A DNA stretch of 64,000 nucleotides from Arcobacteraceae bacterium. Lineage in GTDB: Bacteria > Campylobacterota > Campylobacteria > Campylobacterales > Arcobacteraceae. The notes below the pieces were generated by a model. The model was given only the letters and a program-made list of their open reading frames with translations, made no database searches and was not told the DNA's origin. Shown here one piece after another: positions 38,882-47,745 of the stretch. Each line of letters opens with the position of its first letter. Within the stretch, counting starts at the first letter, position 1. The translations under genes and the position numbers were made by a program. The DNA lies in the NCBI GenBank assembly GCA_963677755.1, contig OY782506.1, forward strand, positions 958,137-1,022,136, written 5' to 3'.

Positions 38882-39709
38882 ATGACTAAGCCTATGAGAA
38901 GTGAGAACTTCTCCCTTCTAAAAACTAAACTCAATGATTACTGTAAAGAGATAATTATTGAAAAAGTTTATGAAGATGAGATTGAAACACTTGAAGATTA
39001 TGTAATTAAAGAAGACAAAATAGAATTTTACCTTAATGGTAAAAGATTTTTGTCTGTTATGAGTATTGCTCAGTATCAAGATGCACATATTATTGGTTTC
39101 TTACTTTCAGAAGCTGTTATTAAAAGTTATGATGATATAAAATCAGTAAAAATTGATGAAGATGGATTAAAAGTTCGTATCAAAGCAAATGTAAGTAAAG
39201 TAGGGTACCAAAATCTTTTTAAAGAGAAAACATTAACTTCAGGTTGTTGTGTTGGTGTAACTGGTAATGCAGAGAAAACATTTAATTGTTCATTTGTAAA
39301 TACAGATTATACTATTGACTCAAAAGAGATTTTACATCATATGAAAGAGTTTAATAGCCCTAGTGTATTGTTTGATAATACAGGTTGTGTACATAAAGCA
39401 GAACTTGTATTAGAAGATGGTACTTTTTATGTAGCTGAAGATATAGGGAGACACAACGCAATAGATAAAGTTGTTGGTCTTGCATCTATGGATAGAAAAG
39501 ATATTAAAAAATCTATTTTATACGCTAGTGGTAGATTGTCTATGGAGATGGTAGTAAAATGTGTAATGCATAGAATACCAATAGTAGTTTCAAAAGCTGC
39601 TGTTACCTTACAAGGTATTAAATCTGCAAACGAACATGGTATAACTCTTATTGGGTTTGCTAGAGATAGAAAAATGAATGTTTATACACATTCTGGAAGA
39701 ATAGCTTAA
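38882..39709 (+). CDS. fdhD: formate dehydrogenase accessory sulfurtransferase FdhD
   Basis: 275 aa. FdhD motifs TSGCCVG and EDIGRHNAIDKV. Confidence 0.9.
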   Translation: MTKPMRSENFSLLKTKLNDYCKEIIIEKVYEDEIETLEDYVIKEDKIEFYLNGKRFLSVMSIAQYQDAHIIGFLLSEAVIKSYDDIKSVKIDEDGLKVRIKANVSKVGYQNLFKEKTLTSGCCVGVTGNAEKTFNCSFVNTDYTIDSKEILHHMKEFNSPSVLFDNTGCVHKAELVLEDGTFYVAEDIGRHNAIDKVVGLASMDRKDIKKSILYASGRLSMEMVVKCVMHRIPIVVSKAAVTLQGIKSANEHGITLIGFARDRKMNVYTHSGRIA

Positions 39710-39966
39710 ATAATTAAATAGTATAAGTACATTGGTATGAAATAAAAAATTATTTCTATCGTACTTAGACTATAATAACAATAAAAAAATAATTAAAAAC
39801 TCCCCTATTTACAAGCACTTTTTATAATATGACCAATAAAAATTATTAATACAGATAACCTTCACGAGAATAGATAAAATATTTAAATAAATTTTACTAT
39901 TTAAGGGTAAGTTAAGAGGTTGAATAATAAAATATAGTCAAATATGTTTTACCAAAAAGGAAAAAG

Positions 39967-41637
39967 ATGCAAGAGTTTATATATTATAACCCAAATGGTT
40001 TAGAGTTTCCTCTAAGTGAAGCCATAAATGTTGTTTCATCTACTGTAGATAATGAGGACAATAAATATATTGTATCAAACTCAAAAGAGACAAATAGTGA
40101 AGTGGTTGCAAAAGAGATAGATTTTTATATTAAAAATAGTAGAGATGCTTTAACTGAAAAAATGACTAATGTTCCAAAGTTATATGATATAGCTGTAACA
40201 AAATATGATAATGCTCAAGATTTAGATTATACACAAAAAGTAGAAAATAAACTTTTAGCAGTTGGTAATGCTGAACAATTAAAAGAATTCGCAAAACAAA
40301 TAGAAATAGAAGAGTTTGATTTATATGTTATTAATGAAGATAATATTAAGTCAATAAGTGGACATATTGGAAATTTAGATGTTATTGTTATTTCAAATGA
40401 AAAAGAAGTTTTACTACAAGTTGATCAAATAGTTTGGTTTGACGCTAAAGAGGAAGGACTTAAACAAAGTGGTACTTTTGATCCATTGGCAACATCGATT
40501 GAAGATACTGTTGCAACTTTAAGAGAAAATATTAAAAACTATAACTATAAAAAATATATCACATACAACTCATCGTTTTGTCAATATCATGAAAGAAGAG
40601 ATGAAACCTGTGCAAAATGTGTAGAGGTTTGTCCTACAACAGCTATTACAAAAATAGATGAACTTAAACATTTAGAATTTTCAGATATAGATTGTGTAGG
40701 GTGTGGTGGATGTGTGAGTGTTTGTCCAACAGCTGCAATTGATTATGCAATGTTTAATAAAGATTCAATATATGAGGTGAGCTATTTTTATACAGATACA
40801 CACCCTTTGATTATTCCAAATAAAATGGATATAGAAAATCTTACTGTTGATTTAAAAGAGGGAGTTTTACCACTTTGTATTGAAGGTGAAAAGTTTTTAG
40901 ATGAAGCATCATTTATTACATTAACTCAAATGTCTGGTTCTCAAGTGATTTTTTATAGTGACTTTTTATCAAAAGGTACAAAAGATTCAATAGATATTTT
41001 AAATGCAATCTATCAAAAAAAGTATTCAAAAGATGCTATTTTAGTAGCTGCTACAGTTGAAGAACTAGAAGCCTGTATAAATGAAGTTTCTTTTATAGAA
41101 AATTCAAAGTTTAATACAAACCAAAAAAACCAAAGAAAAAGAGAAACTTTTTCATTTAGATTACAACATTTAGTTGGTGATGAGGATTTAGGTGTTGTAA
41201 AAACAGGTGAACATATTCATTATTCAAAAGTTGAAGTTAATGAGTCAAACTGTACTTTATGTTTATCATGTGTTGGGGCTTGTAATGTAGATGCACTTGT
41301 GGCAGACCCAAGAGATAATACTTTACGAATCAATCCAAGTCTTTGTACCTCATGTGGGTATTGTGAAGTGTCTTGTCCAGAGAAAGATTGTTTAACAATC
41401 AAACGAGATGAGATAGAGCTAAATCCAATGTGGTTTAAAGAAAATATTATAGCAAAAGATACACTGTTTGCTTGTGTAGAGTGTGGAAAAGAGTTTGCAC
41501 CTAAAAAAGCAGTTGAAAAAATAGCAGATATGATGGCACCACTTTTTGCATCAGACCCAGTAAAACAAAGAACACTTTACTGTTGTGAAGATTGTAAAGC
41601 AAAATTAATGATAAAACAAGGATTATTAAATGGATAA
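39967..41637 (+). CDS. multi-[4Fe-4S] ferredoxin-domain protein, FDH-associated
   Basis: 556 aa. Motifs CAKCVEVCP, CVGCGGCVSVCP, CTLCLSCVGACN and CTSCGYCEVSCP, plus a C-terminal CVECG...CCEDCK Zn-ribbon-like end. The N-terminal ~200 aa carry no recognised domain. Confidence 0.75.
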   Translation: MQEFIYYNPNGLEFPLSEAINVVSSTVDNEDNKYIVSNSKETNSEVVAKEIDFYIKNSRDALTEKMTNVPKLYDIAVTKYDNAQDLDYTQKVENKLLAVGNAEQLKEFAKQIEIEEFDLYVINEDNIKSISGHIGNLDVIVISNEKEVLLQVDQIVWFDAKEEGLKQSGTFDPLATSIEDTVATLRENIKNYNYKKYITYNSSFCQYHERRDETCAKCVEVCPTTAITKIDELKHLEFSDIDCVGCGGCVSVCPTAAIDYAMFNKDSIYEVSYFYTDTHPLIIPNKMDIENLTVDLKEGVLPLCIEGEKFLDEASFITLTQMSGSQVIFYSDFLSKGTKDSIDILNAIYQKKYSKDAILVAATVEELEACINEVSFIENSKFNTNQKNQRKRETFSFRLQHLVGDEDLGVVKTGEHIHYSKVEVNESNCTLCLSCVGACNVDALVADPRDNTLRINPSLCTSCGYCEVSCPEKDCLTIKRDEIELNPMWFKENIIAKDTLFACVECGKEFAPKKAVEKIADMMAPLFASDPVKQRTLYCCEDCKAKLMIKQGLLNG

Positions 41638-42226
41638 TAAAAGTATAGATAAAGCAAGATGCTTTTTATATGAAACACTAGCACTTCTTTTTGTAGAGGA
41701 ACATACAAAAAATAGTAAAAAACATATAATTGAGAATTTAAAACAAATTGCATTAAACCCTTTTGATGAAGAAGTTGGTGATGTTTCAAAACAGATTGTT
41801 GAACTTCTTGAAAATGGTGAAGAGGATATACTTTATAAAGAGTATCAAGATCTATTTCTAGTCCCTTTTGGTGCAAATATATCACTAAGTGCTTCTTGGT
41901 ATTATGAGGAGAGAGAATGTGGTGAGATGTTGGTAAAAGTAAGAGATATTTTAGCGAATACTCAAATCAGAAAAGATGAAAACTTATTTAAAGCACCAGA
42001 AGATAACTTTGGGTTTATTTTTACTTTATCTTCATATTTACTTGAAGAGAGTAACGATGATACAAATAAAGAGTTACAAAAAAAATTATTTGAAGAGGTT
42101 GTTAATCCTTACTTTGAAAGACTTTATATCTCTTTATTATCAAGTAAATCACCTATTTATTCTTTAGTAGGGATTATTCTTGGTGATTTTTTAAGTATGG
42201 AGAGAACCTATTTAAATTTAGGATAG
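41630..42226 (+). CDS. TorD/DmsD-family redox enzyme maturation chaperone
   Basis: 198 aa and all-helical, with the YQDLFLVPFG motif typical of the TorD family. 8-nt overlap with the ferredoxin gene. Confidence 0.7.
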   Translation: MDNKSIDKARCFLYETLALLFVEEHTKNSKKHIIENLKQIALNPFDEEVGDVSKQIVELLENGEEDILYKEYQDLFLVPFGANISLSASWYYEERECGEMLVKVRDILANTQIRKDENLFKAPEDNFGFIFTLSSYLLEESNDDTNKELQKKLFEEVVNPYFERLYISLLSSKSPIYSLVGIILGDFLSMERTYLNLG

Positions 42227-42246
42227 AAGAATGGTGGTGAAAGTCG

Positions 42247-42273
42247 CCTTAAGAATTTCTATAATTTTTAAGG
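42247..42273 (+). promoter_or_regulatory. conserved leader: inverted repeat bracketing TATAAT (copy 2)
   Basis: Same CCTTAAGAA-N9-TTTTTAAGG element, with TATAAT at 42260-42265. Confidence 0.4.
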
Positions 42274-42307
42274 GGGCTTTGACCCACATAAATTTAAAGG
42301 AGTGAAG

Positions 42308-42532
42308 ATGGCTGAAGAGTTAAACGGTAGACGAAATTTTATCAAACGAGCTGGTGTTGCTACGGCGGTGTTAGCTGGTTCTGTTGCTGCAGTTGCTGCA
42401 ACCTCAGAAGATCACCATCGAGGAGATGGAGGTGAAGTTGGTAACGGTGTTGTTACTGGAACTTCAACAAAGAAAGAGATTTTATACGATAAAACTCAAG
42501 CTTGGCATGAATTTTATCAAGCTGCTAAATAA
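42308..42532 (+). CDS. small twin-arginine-signal protein (FDH-region TAT target), paralog 2
   Basis: 74 aa and near-identical to the 34273 product, differing at a handful of residues. Confidence 0.75.
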   Translation: MAEELNGRRNFIKRAGVATAVLAGSVAAVAATSEDHHRGDGGEVGNGVVTGTSTKKEILYDKTQAWHEFYQAAK

Positions 42533-42548
42533 ATAAAAAGGAAAAAAC

Positions 42549-45347
42549 ATGAAACTGTTAAAAAGTTTTGGAAGAAGAAGTTTTTTAAAAATGGCTTCAC
42601 TTGCAACAGCTGTAACAGCAACATCTGGCTTTGCTAGTACAAATGTTTTAAGAAGTGCAACTGAAGAAGAGATTAAAAATCCATTCCCAGGTTCTAAACT
42701 TGTTAAAACTATATGTACACATTGTTCAGTAGGTTGTGGTGTTGTAGCTGAAGTTCAAAATGGTGTATGGGTAAGACAAGAAGTTGCTCAAGATCACCCT
42801 ATAAGTCATGGAGGTCACTGTTGTAAAGGTGCTGATATGATTGATAAGGTAAGAGGAACAAACAGACTTAAATATCCTATTGAAAAAGCTAACGGAAGTT
42901 GGAATAGATTAAGCTGGGATGATGCTATGAGTAAAGTAACTGATAAGTTAACAGCTCTTAGAGATCAATTTGGTCCAGATGCAATCCAATTTTTAGGATC
43001 AGCTAAAGTAAGTAATGAGCAAGCTTTCTATATAAGAAAATTTGCAGCTATGTTTGGAACAAACAACATAGATCACCAAGCTAGAATTTGACATAGTCCA
43101 ACAGTTGCCGGTGTGGCAAATACATGGGGTTATGGAGCTATGACAAATCATATAGGTGACATGCAAAACTCAAAAGCGATTATTATATTCGGAGCAAATC
43201 CAGCTTCAAATCATCCAATAGCGATGCAACATATATTAAAAGCAAAAGAACAAAATGGTGCAAAAATTATTGTAATTGATCCAAGATATACAAAAACTGC
43301 TGCGAAATCAGATGTGTACTGTAGAATTAGAACAGGTACTGATATTGCGTTTATGTATGGAATGATTAGACTTATTAGAGATAATAACTGGGTTGATAAA
43401 TCATTTATTGCAGATAGAGTTTATGGAATGGAAGATATTTTCACAGAATGTGAAAAATTTACACCAGAGCATGTAGAAGATGTGACAGGTTGTCCAAAAG
43501 AGTTATTGATTCAAGCTACAACTGCATTTGCAACAGCAGATCCAGGATGTTTAATTTGGAATCAAGGATGGACTCAACACACAATCGGTTCTTCAAATAC
43601 AAGATTAGGTTCTATTTTACAACTTACATTAGGAAACATGGGTAAACCAGGTGGAGGATGTAATATTTTAAGAGGACATGATAATGTACAAGCATCAACA
43701 GATTTAGGTTGTCTAGCTGATACACTACCAGGGTATTATGGTTTAAGTGAAGGTTCGTGGAAATACTTCTCGAAACAATGGAATGTAGATTATGATTGGT
43801 TAAAAGGTCGATTTAAATCTAAAAAAATGATGGAATCAAAAGGATTTAGTCTAGGGCTTTGGATACATGGTGTTTTAGAAAAAGAAAATGCCGCAAATAA
43901 TGCTGACACTCCTTTAAAAGCTTTAGTATGTATAGGGAATGGTATTTCAACTATTACACAAACACATAAAGTAAAAGAAGCATTAGATAAGCTAGACTTA
44001 GTTGTCTTTATTGATCCATATGTAAATGATGCTGCTGTTATTACAACAAGAGGTGACAATATGTTCCTTTTACCAGCTGCTTCACAAGTTGAAACAAGTG
44101 GTACAGTTGTAAATACTGCTCGTAGTGCACAATGGAGAACAAAAGTTGTAGATCCACTTTATGAGGCAAGACCAGATCAAGAGATATTATTTGACTTTGC
44201 TAAAAGAATGGGATTTTATGATGAGTATATTGCAGGTATGGGTAAAGGTGATAAATTTACTTGGCCAGAAGATGCTACAAATGAGATTGCAAGAAGTTTA
44301 AAAACTATTGGTTTCCAAGGTAGAACAGCTGAGCGTATTAAAAAACATACTGAAAATTGGCACTTATTTGATAGTGTATCACTTAAAGGTAAAGGTGTTA
44401 CCCAAAAAGAGTACTATGGTTTACCATGGCCTTGTTGGACAGAAGAACATCCAGGAAGTCCTGTTTTATATAATATTAATTTACCAGTATCACAAGGTGG
44501 TATGGGATTTAGAAATAGATTTGGAACAGAACGAAATGGAGCTGATTTACTTTCTGCAAAAGGAAGTGCACCAGTTGGTTCTAAAGTTGATGGTGGATAT
44601 GCTGAAATTACATATAAAAATATTGAAGAGTTAGCTGGTATAACTTTAACTGCTGCTGAGAAAAAAGCGGTTGAGGGTAAAAACTGGAAAACAGATGATA
44701 GTGGTATTTTAAATAAATATGCAATTGAAGCTGGACTTGCTCCTTATGGAAATGCAAGAGCTAGAACTATTGTTTGGAACTTTATTGATAATATTCCTAA
44801 ACATAGAGAGCCATTGCATTCATTTAGACCAGATTTAGTGAAAAAATATCCAGCAGTAAAAGATAGAAAAAATCACTACAGAACAAATGTACGATATGAA
44901 ACTGAACAAAATGCACAAAATTGGGTAAAAGATTATCCAGTAAATATTGTTTCAGGAAGAATTGTTGAGCATATGGGAACAGGAACAGAAACAAGAGCAT
45001 CAAAATATCTTGCAGAGTTATCTGGTGAGATGTATGGTGAAGTGCATCCTAATCTTGCAGCTAAACTTGGTATCAAAGATAATGAGATGATGTGGGTTTA
45101 TGGAACAGGTGAAGGTAAGATTAAAATCAGATGTAAACACTCTTTTAGAGTTGATGAAAATTCTGTATTTTTACCACAAAACTTCTCAGGAATGTGGAGT
45201 GGAGAGAGCTTAGAAAGTAAATATCCAGAGGGTACTGCACCACATAGTTTCGGTGAAAGTTCAAACCAAGTTACAAGTTATGGTTATGACCAACAAACAT
45301 CTTGTCCAGAGACTAAATGTTCTTTGGTAAGACTAGAAAGAGCATAG
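42549..45347 (+). CDS. fdhA: formate dehydrogenase catalytic subunit, selenocysteine-type (TGA 43089-43091 read as Sec)
   Basis: Track ORFs 42549-43091 and 43113-45347 are in the same frame. The sequence across the TGA reads HQARI-U-HSPTVAGVANTWGYGAMTNH and is collinear with QQARICHSPTVAG of copy 1. selA, selB, selC and selD are all in this window. Confidence 0.88.
43103..43121 (+). promoter_or_regulatory. candidate bacterial SECIS hairpin
   Basis: TTGCC-GGTGT-GGCAA stem-loop (43105-43119, extendable by A43103-T43121) beginning 11-13 nt after the UGA. The equivalent segment of the Cys paralog (GTTGCAGGTGTTGCTAAC) does not form this stem. Confidence 0.55.
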
Positions 45348-45356
45348 GAGTAAGAT

Positions 45357-45950
45357 ATGAATAATAAACCAGATTTTGCAAGAATGAAGTTCTATTGTGA
45401 TGAAAACCTATGTATCGATTGTAATGGTTGTGTAGTAGCTTGTAAAGAAGCACATGAAGTTCCAGTTGGTGTAAATAGAAGAAAAGTAGTTACAGTAAAC
45501 GAAGGTATAGTAGGGCAAGAGATATCAGTATCAATGGCGTGTATGCATTGTGCTGATGCACCATGTCAACAAGTATGTCCAACAGACTGTTTTTATATAA
45601 GAGCAGATGGAATTGTTTTACATGATAAAGATAAATGTATAGGTTGTGGATATTGTCTATTTGCTTGTCCTTTTGGAGCTCCACAGTTTCCAAAAGATGG
45701 TGCTTTTGGTACTAAAGGGAAAATGGATAAATGTACAATGTGTGCAGGGGGACCTGAAGAGACTAATTCACACGAAGAGTTCGAGAAATATGGACAAAAC
45801 AGAATTAGTGAAGGGAAAGTTCCTATGTGTGCATCAATGTGTTCAACAAAAGCTTTACTTGTAGGTGATGCAGATGAAGTAGCACTTATTAAAACATATA
45901 GAGCTACAACAAAAGGGAAAGGTATAGCTACTGAACCTATGGGATGGTAG
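45357..45950 (+). CDS. fdhB: formate dehydrogenase iron-sulfur subunit, copy 2
   Basis: 197 aa, identical to the 37321 product. Confidence 0.9.
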   Translation: MNNKPDFARMKFYCDENLCIDCNGCVVACKEAHEVPVGVNRRKVVTVNEGIVGQEISVSMACMHCADAPCQQVCPTDCFYIRADGIVLHDKDKCIGCGYCLFACPFGAPQFPKDGAFGTKGKMDKCTMCAGGPEETNSHEEFEKYGQNRISEGKVPMCASMCSTKALLVGDADEVALIKTYRATTKGKGIATEPMGW

Positions 45951-45959
45951 GAGATAATT

Positions 45960-46916
45960 ATGGAAAATACTAACACATTTTTTAGTAGAAATAAAGCCTA
46001 TATCTTTACTCTATTAGGACTTACTATAGCTGCTATTATTATGGGTGGTTTTATGATGATCTTTGATTGGGGATATTTAGTAAAATATATCCTTGATATG
46101 ATCACAGGAGCAGGGGTAAGTGGAGTTGTAACTCCACCTACTTCAAACTATGAAACTATGGTAAATGCAGCCTTTGGACCAAACTATAATACAATTGCAC
46201 CTGAGATTATCCGTGCTAGTAACGAGAGACAAGAATATATTTGGTGGGTATTTGTAGCGGAGATTGCAATATTTTGTTTTATGTATGCAAAATATGGTAG
46301 AAAAACTGCAATAGTAACAAACCCAGATGATCAAGTGCAAGTGTTCTCTTTATTTCATAGAACTGTGATGTGGTTAAATGTAATCATTATCATTACACTT
46401 ATAATATCAGGATTTAATATCACATGGTCATTGCGTTCAGGTGGTGGTGAGATCCCATTTCTTTTACGTGGATTACATGAAGTGACAGGATTAGTATGGT
46501 TTCCATTTTGGTTACTCCTTACTATTATAGCTTTTAAAGATGCAAAATTACTTTCAAGTAATAGTGTACTGAAAAAGATTATATTACCTGGAAAATTTAA
46601 ACCAATGAAAAGAGTGATTTATATTGTATTTGTAGCTATGGGAACTGGTCTTTTAGCAAGTGGTTTTCTTATTTGGTTTTTACATCCAGATACTTTTACC
46701 CATGCTAGTTTAATACAGTTTAAAAGAGTGTTACTTTATGTTCACTTCGCTTCTAGTGTTTTAATTATGTTCTTTATTATGGACTTTGTATATTCTATTT
46801 TAATATCAATAAAAGGGAATTTAAAAGGGTTAATTACAGGAAAGTATCCAAGAGAACATTTAGAACAATTAGCACCAGATGTTTTAGCTGATATTGATAG
46901 TATAAAAGGAAACTAA
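45960..46916 (+). CDS. fdhC: formate dehydrogenase cytochrome b subunit, copy 2
   Basis: 318 aa, identical to the 37924 product. Confidence 0.8.
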   Translation: MENTNTFFSRNKAYIFTLLGLTIAAIIMGGFMMIFDWGYLVKYILDMITGAGVSGVVTPPTSNYETMVNAAFGPNYNTIAPEIIRASNERQEYIWWVFVAEIAIFCFMYAKYGRKTAIVTNPDDQVQVFSLFHRTVMWLNVIIIITLIISGFNITWSLRSGGGEIPFLLRGLHEVTGLVWFPFWLLLTIIAFKDAKLLSSNSVLKKIILPGKFKPMKRVIYIVFVAMGTGLLASGFLIWFLHPDTFTHASLIQFKRVLLYVHFASSVLIMFFIMDFVYSILISIKGNLKGLITGKYPREHLEQLAPDVLADIDSIKGN

Positions 46917-46917
46917 G

Positions 46918-47745
46918 ATGACTAAGCCTATGAGAAGTGAGAACTTCTCCCTTCTAAAAACTAAACTCAATGATTACTGTAAAGAGATAATTATTGAAAA
47001 AGTTTATGAAGATGAGATTGAAACACTTGAAGATTATGTAATTAAAGAAGACAAAATAGAATTTTACCTTAATGGTAAAAGATTTTTGTCTGTTATGAGT
47101 ATTGCTCAGTATCAAGATGCACATATTATTGGTTTCTTACTTTCAGAAGCTGTTATTAAAAGTTATGATGATATAAAATCAGTAAAAATTGATGAAGATG
47201 GATTAAAAGTTCGTATCAAAGCAAATGTAAGTAAAGTAGGGTACCAAAATCTTTTTAAAGAGAAAACATTAACTTCAGGTTGTTGTGTTGGTGTAACTGG
47301 TAATGCAGAGAAAACATTTAATTGTTCATTTGTAAATACAGATTATACTATTGACTCAAAAGAGATTTTACATCATATGAAAGAGTTTAATAGCCCTAGT
47401 GTATTGTTTGATAATACAGGTTGTGTACATAAAGCAGAACTTGTATTAGAAGATGGTACTTTTTATGTAGCTGAAGATATAGGGAGACACAACGCAATAG
47501 ATAAAGTTGTTGGTCTTGCATCTATGGATAGAAAAGATATTAAAAAATCTATTTTATACGCTAGTGGTAGATTGTCTATGGAGATGGTAGTAAAATGTGT
47601 AATGCATAGAATACCAATAGTAGTTTCAAAAGCTGCTGTTACTTTACAAGGTATTAAATCTGCAAATGAACATGGTATAACTCTTATTGGGTTTGCTAGA
47701 GATAGAAAAATGAATGTTTATACACATTCTGGAAGAATTAATTAG
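46918..47745 (+). CDS. fdhD: FdhD sulfurtransferase, copy 2
   Basis: 275 aa, identical to copy 1 except the last residue (N versus A). Confidence 0.9.
   Translation: MTKPMRSENFSLLKTKLNDYCKEIIIEKVYEDEIETLEDYVIKEDKIEFYLNGKRFLSVMSIAQYQDAHIIGFLLSEAVIKSYDDIKSVKIDEDGLKVRIKANVSKVGYQNLFKEKTLTSGCCVGVTGNAEKTFNCSFVNTDYTIDSKEILHHMKEFNSPSVLFDNTGCVHKAELVLEDGTFYVAEDIGRHNAIDKVVGLASMDRKDIKKSILYASGRLSMEMVVKCVMHRIPIVVSKAAVTLQGIKSANEHGITLIGFARDRKMNVYTHSGRIN

Larger units (their letters stand above)
34197..39700 (+). repeat. FDH operon paralogous unit, copy 1 (offset 8036 nt to copy 2)
   Basis: Leader, small Tat gene, fdhA, fdhB, fdhC and fdhD are collinear with 42230-47736. The tract 37266-39606 appears identical to 45302-47642 from spot checks and from identical six-frame ORF translations on both strands. 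Confidence 0.9.
42230..47736 (+). repeat. FDH operon paralogous unit, copy 2
   Basis: See copy 1. fdhB, fdhC and fdhD translations are identical to copy 1 except for the last FdhD residue. Confidence 0.9.

Noticed and set aside
39724-39767. A long AT-rich compound hairpin after fdhD copy 1 (TAAGTAC...GAAATAA-aaaa-TTATTTC...GTACTTA) could be a terminator or ncRNA.
   Set aside because: No T-run follows, the stems are AT-rich and weak, and I cannot tell it apart from chance structure in about 25% GC intergenic DNA. It is not listed as a feature.
41577-41885. 102-aa minus-strand ORF overlapping the ferredoxin and TorD-like genes.
   Set aside because: It is antisense to two well-supported, translationally coupled genes and has His/Gln/Leu-rich shadow composition.
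42549-45347. fdhA copy 2 looks like a pseudogene or two separate genes split by a stop codon.
   Set aside because: The stop is a TGA at exactly the codon that is Cys in the paralog. Both parts share one frame, a hairpin follows at SECIS distance, and selABCD are in the window. Selenocysteine decoding is far more likely.
34197-47745. The 8-kb periodic duplication could be an assembly artefact.
   Set aside because: The two fdhA genes and small Tat genes differ at many positions, including Cys versus TGA. The flanks also differ, with ferredoxin/TorD only before copy 2 and the NifS-like gene only after it. Collapse or misjoin of the identical 2.34-kb tract still deserves long-read confirmation.
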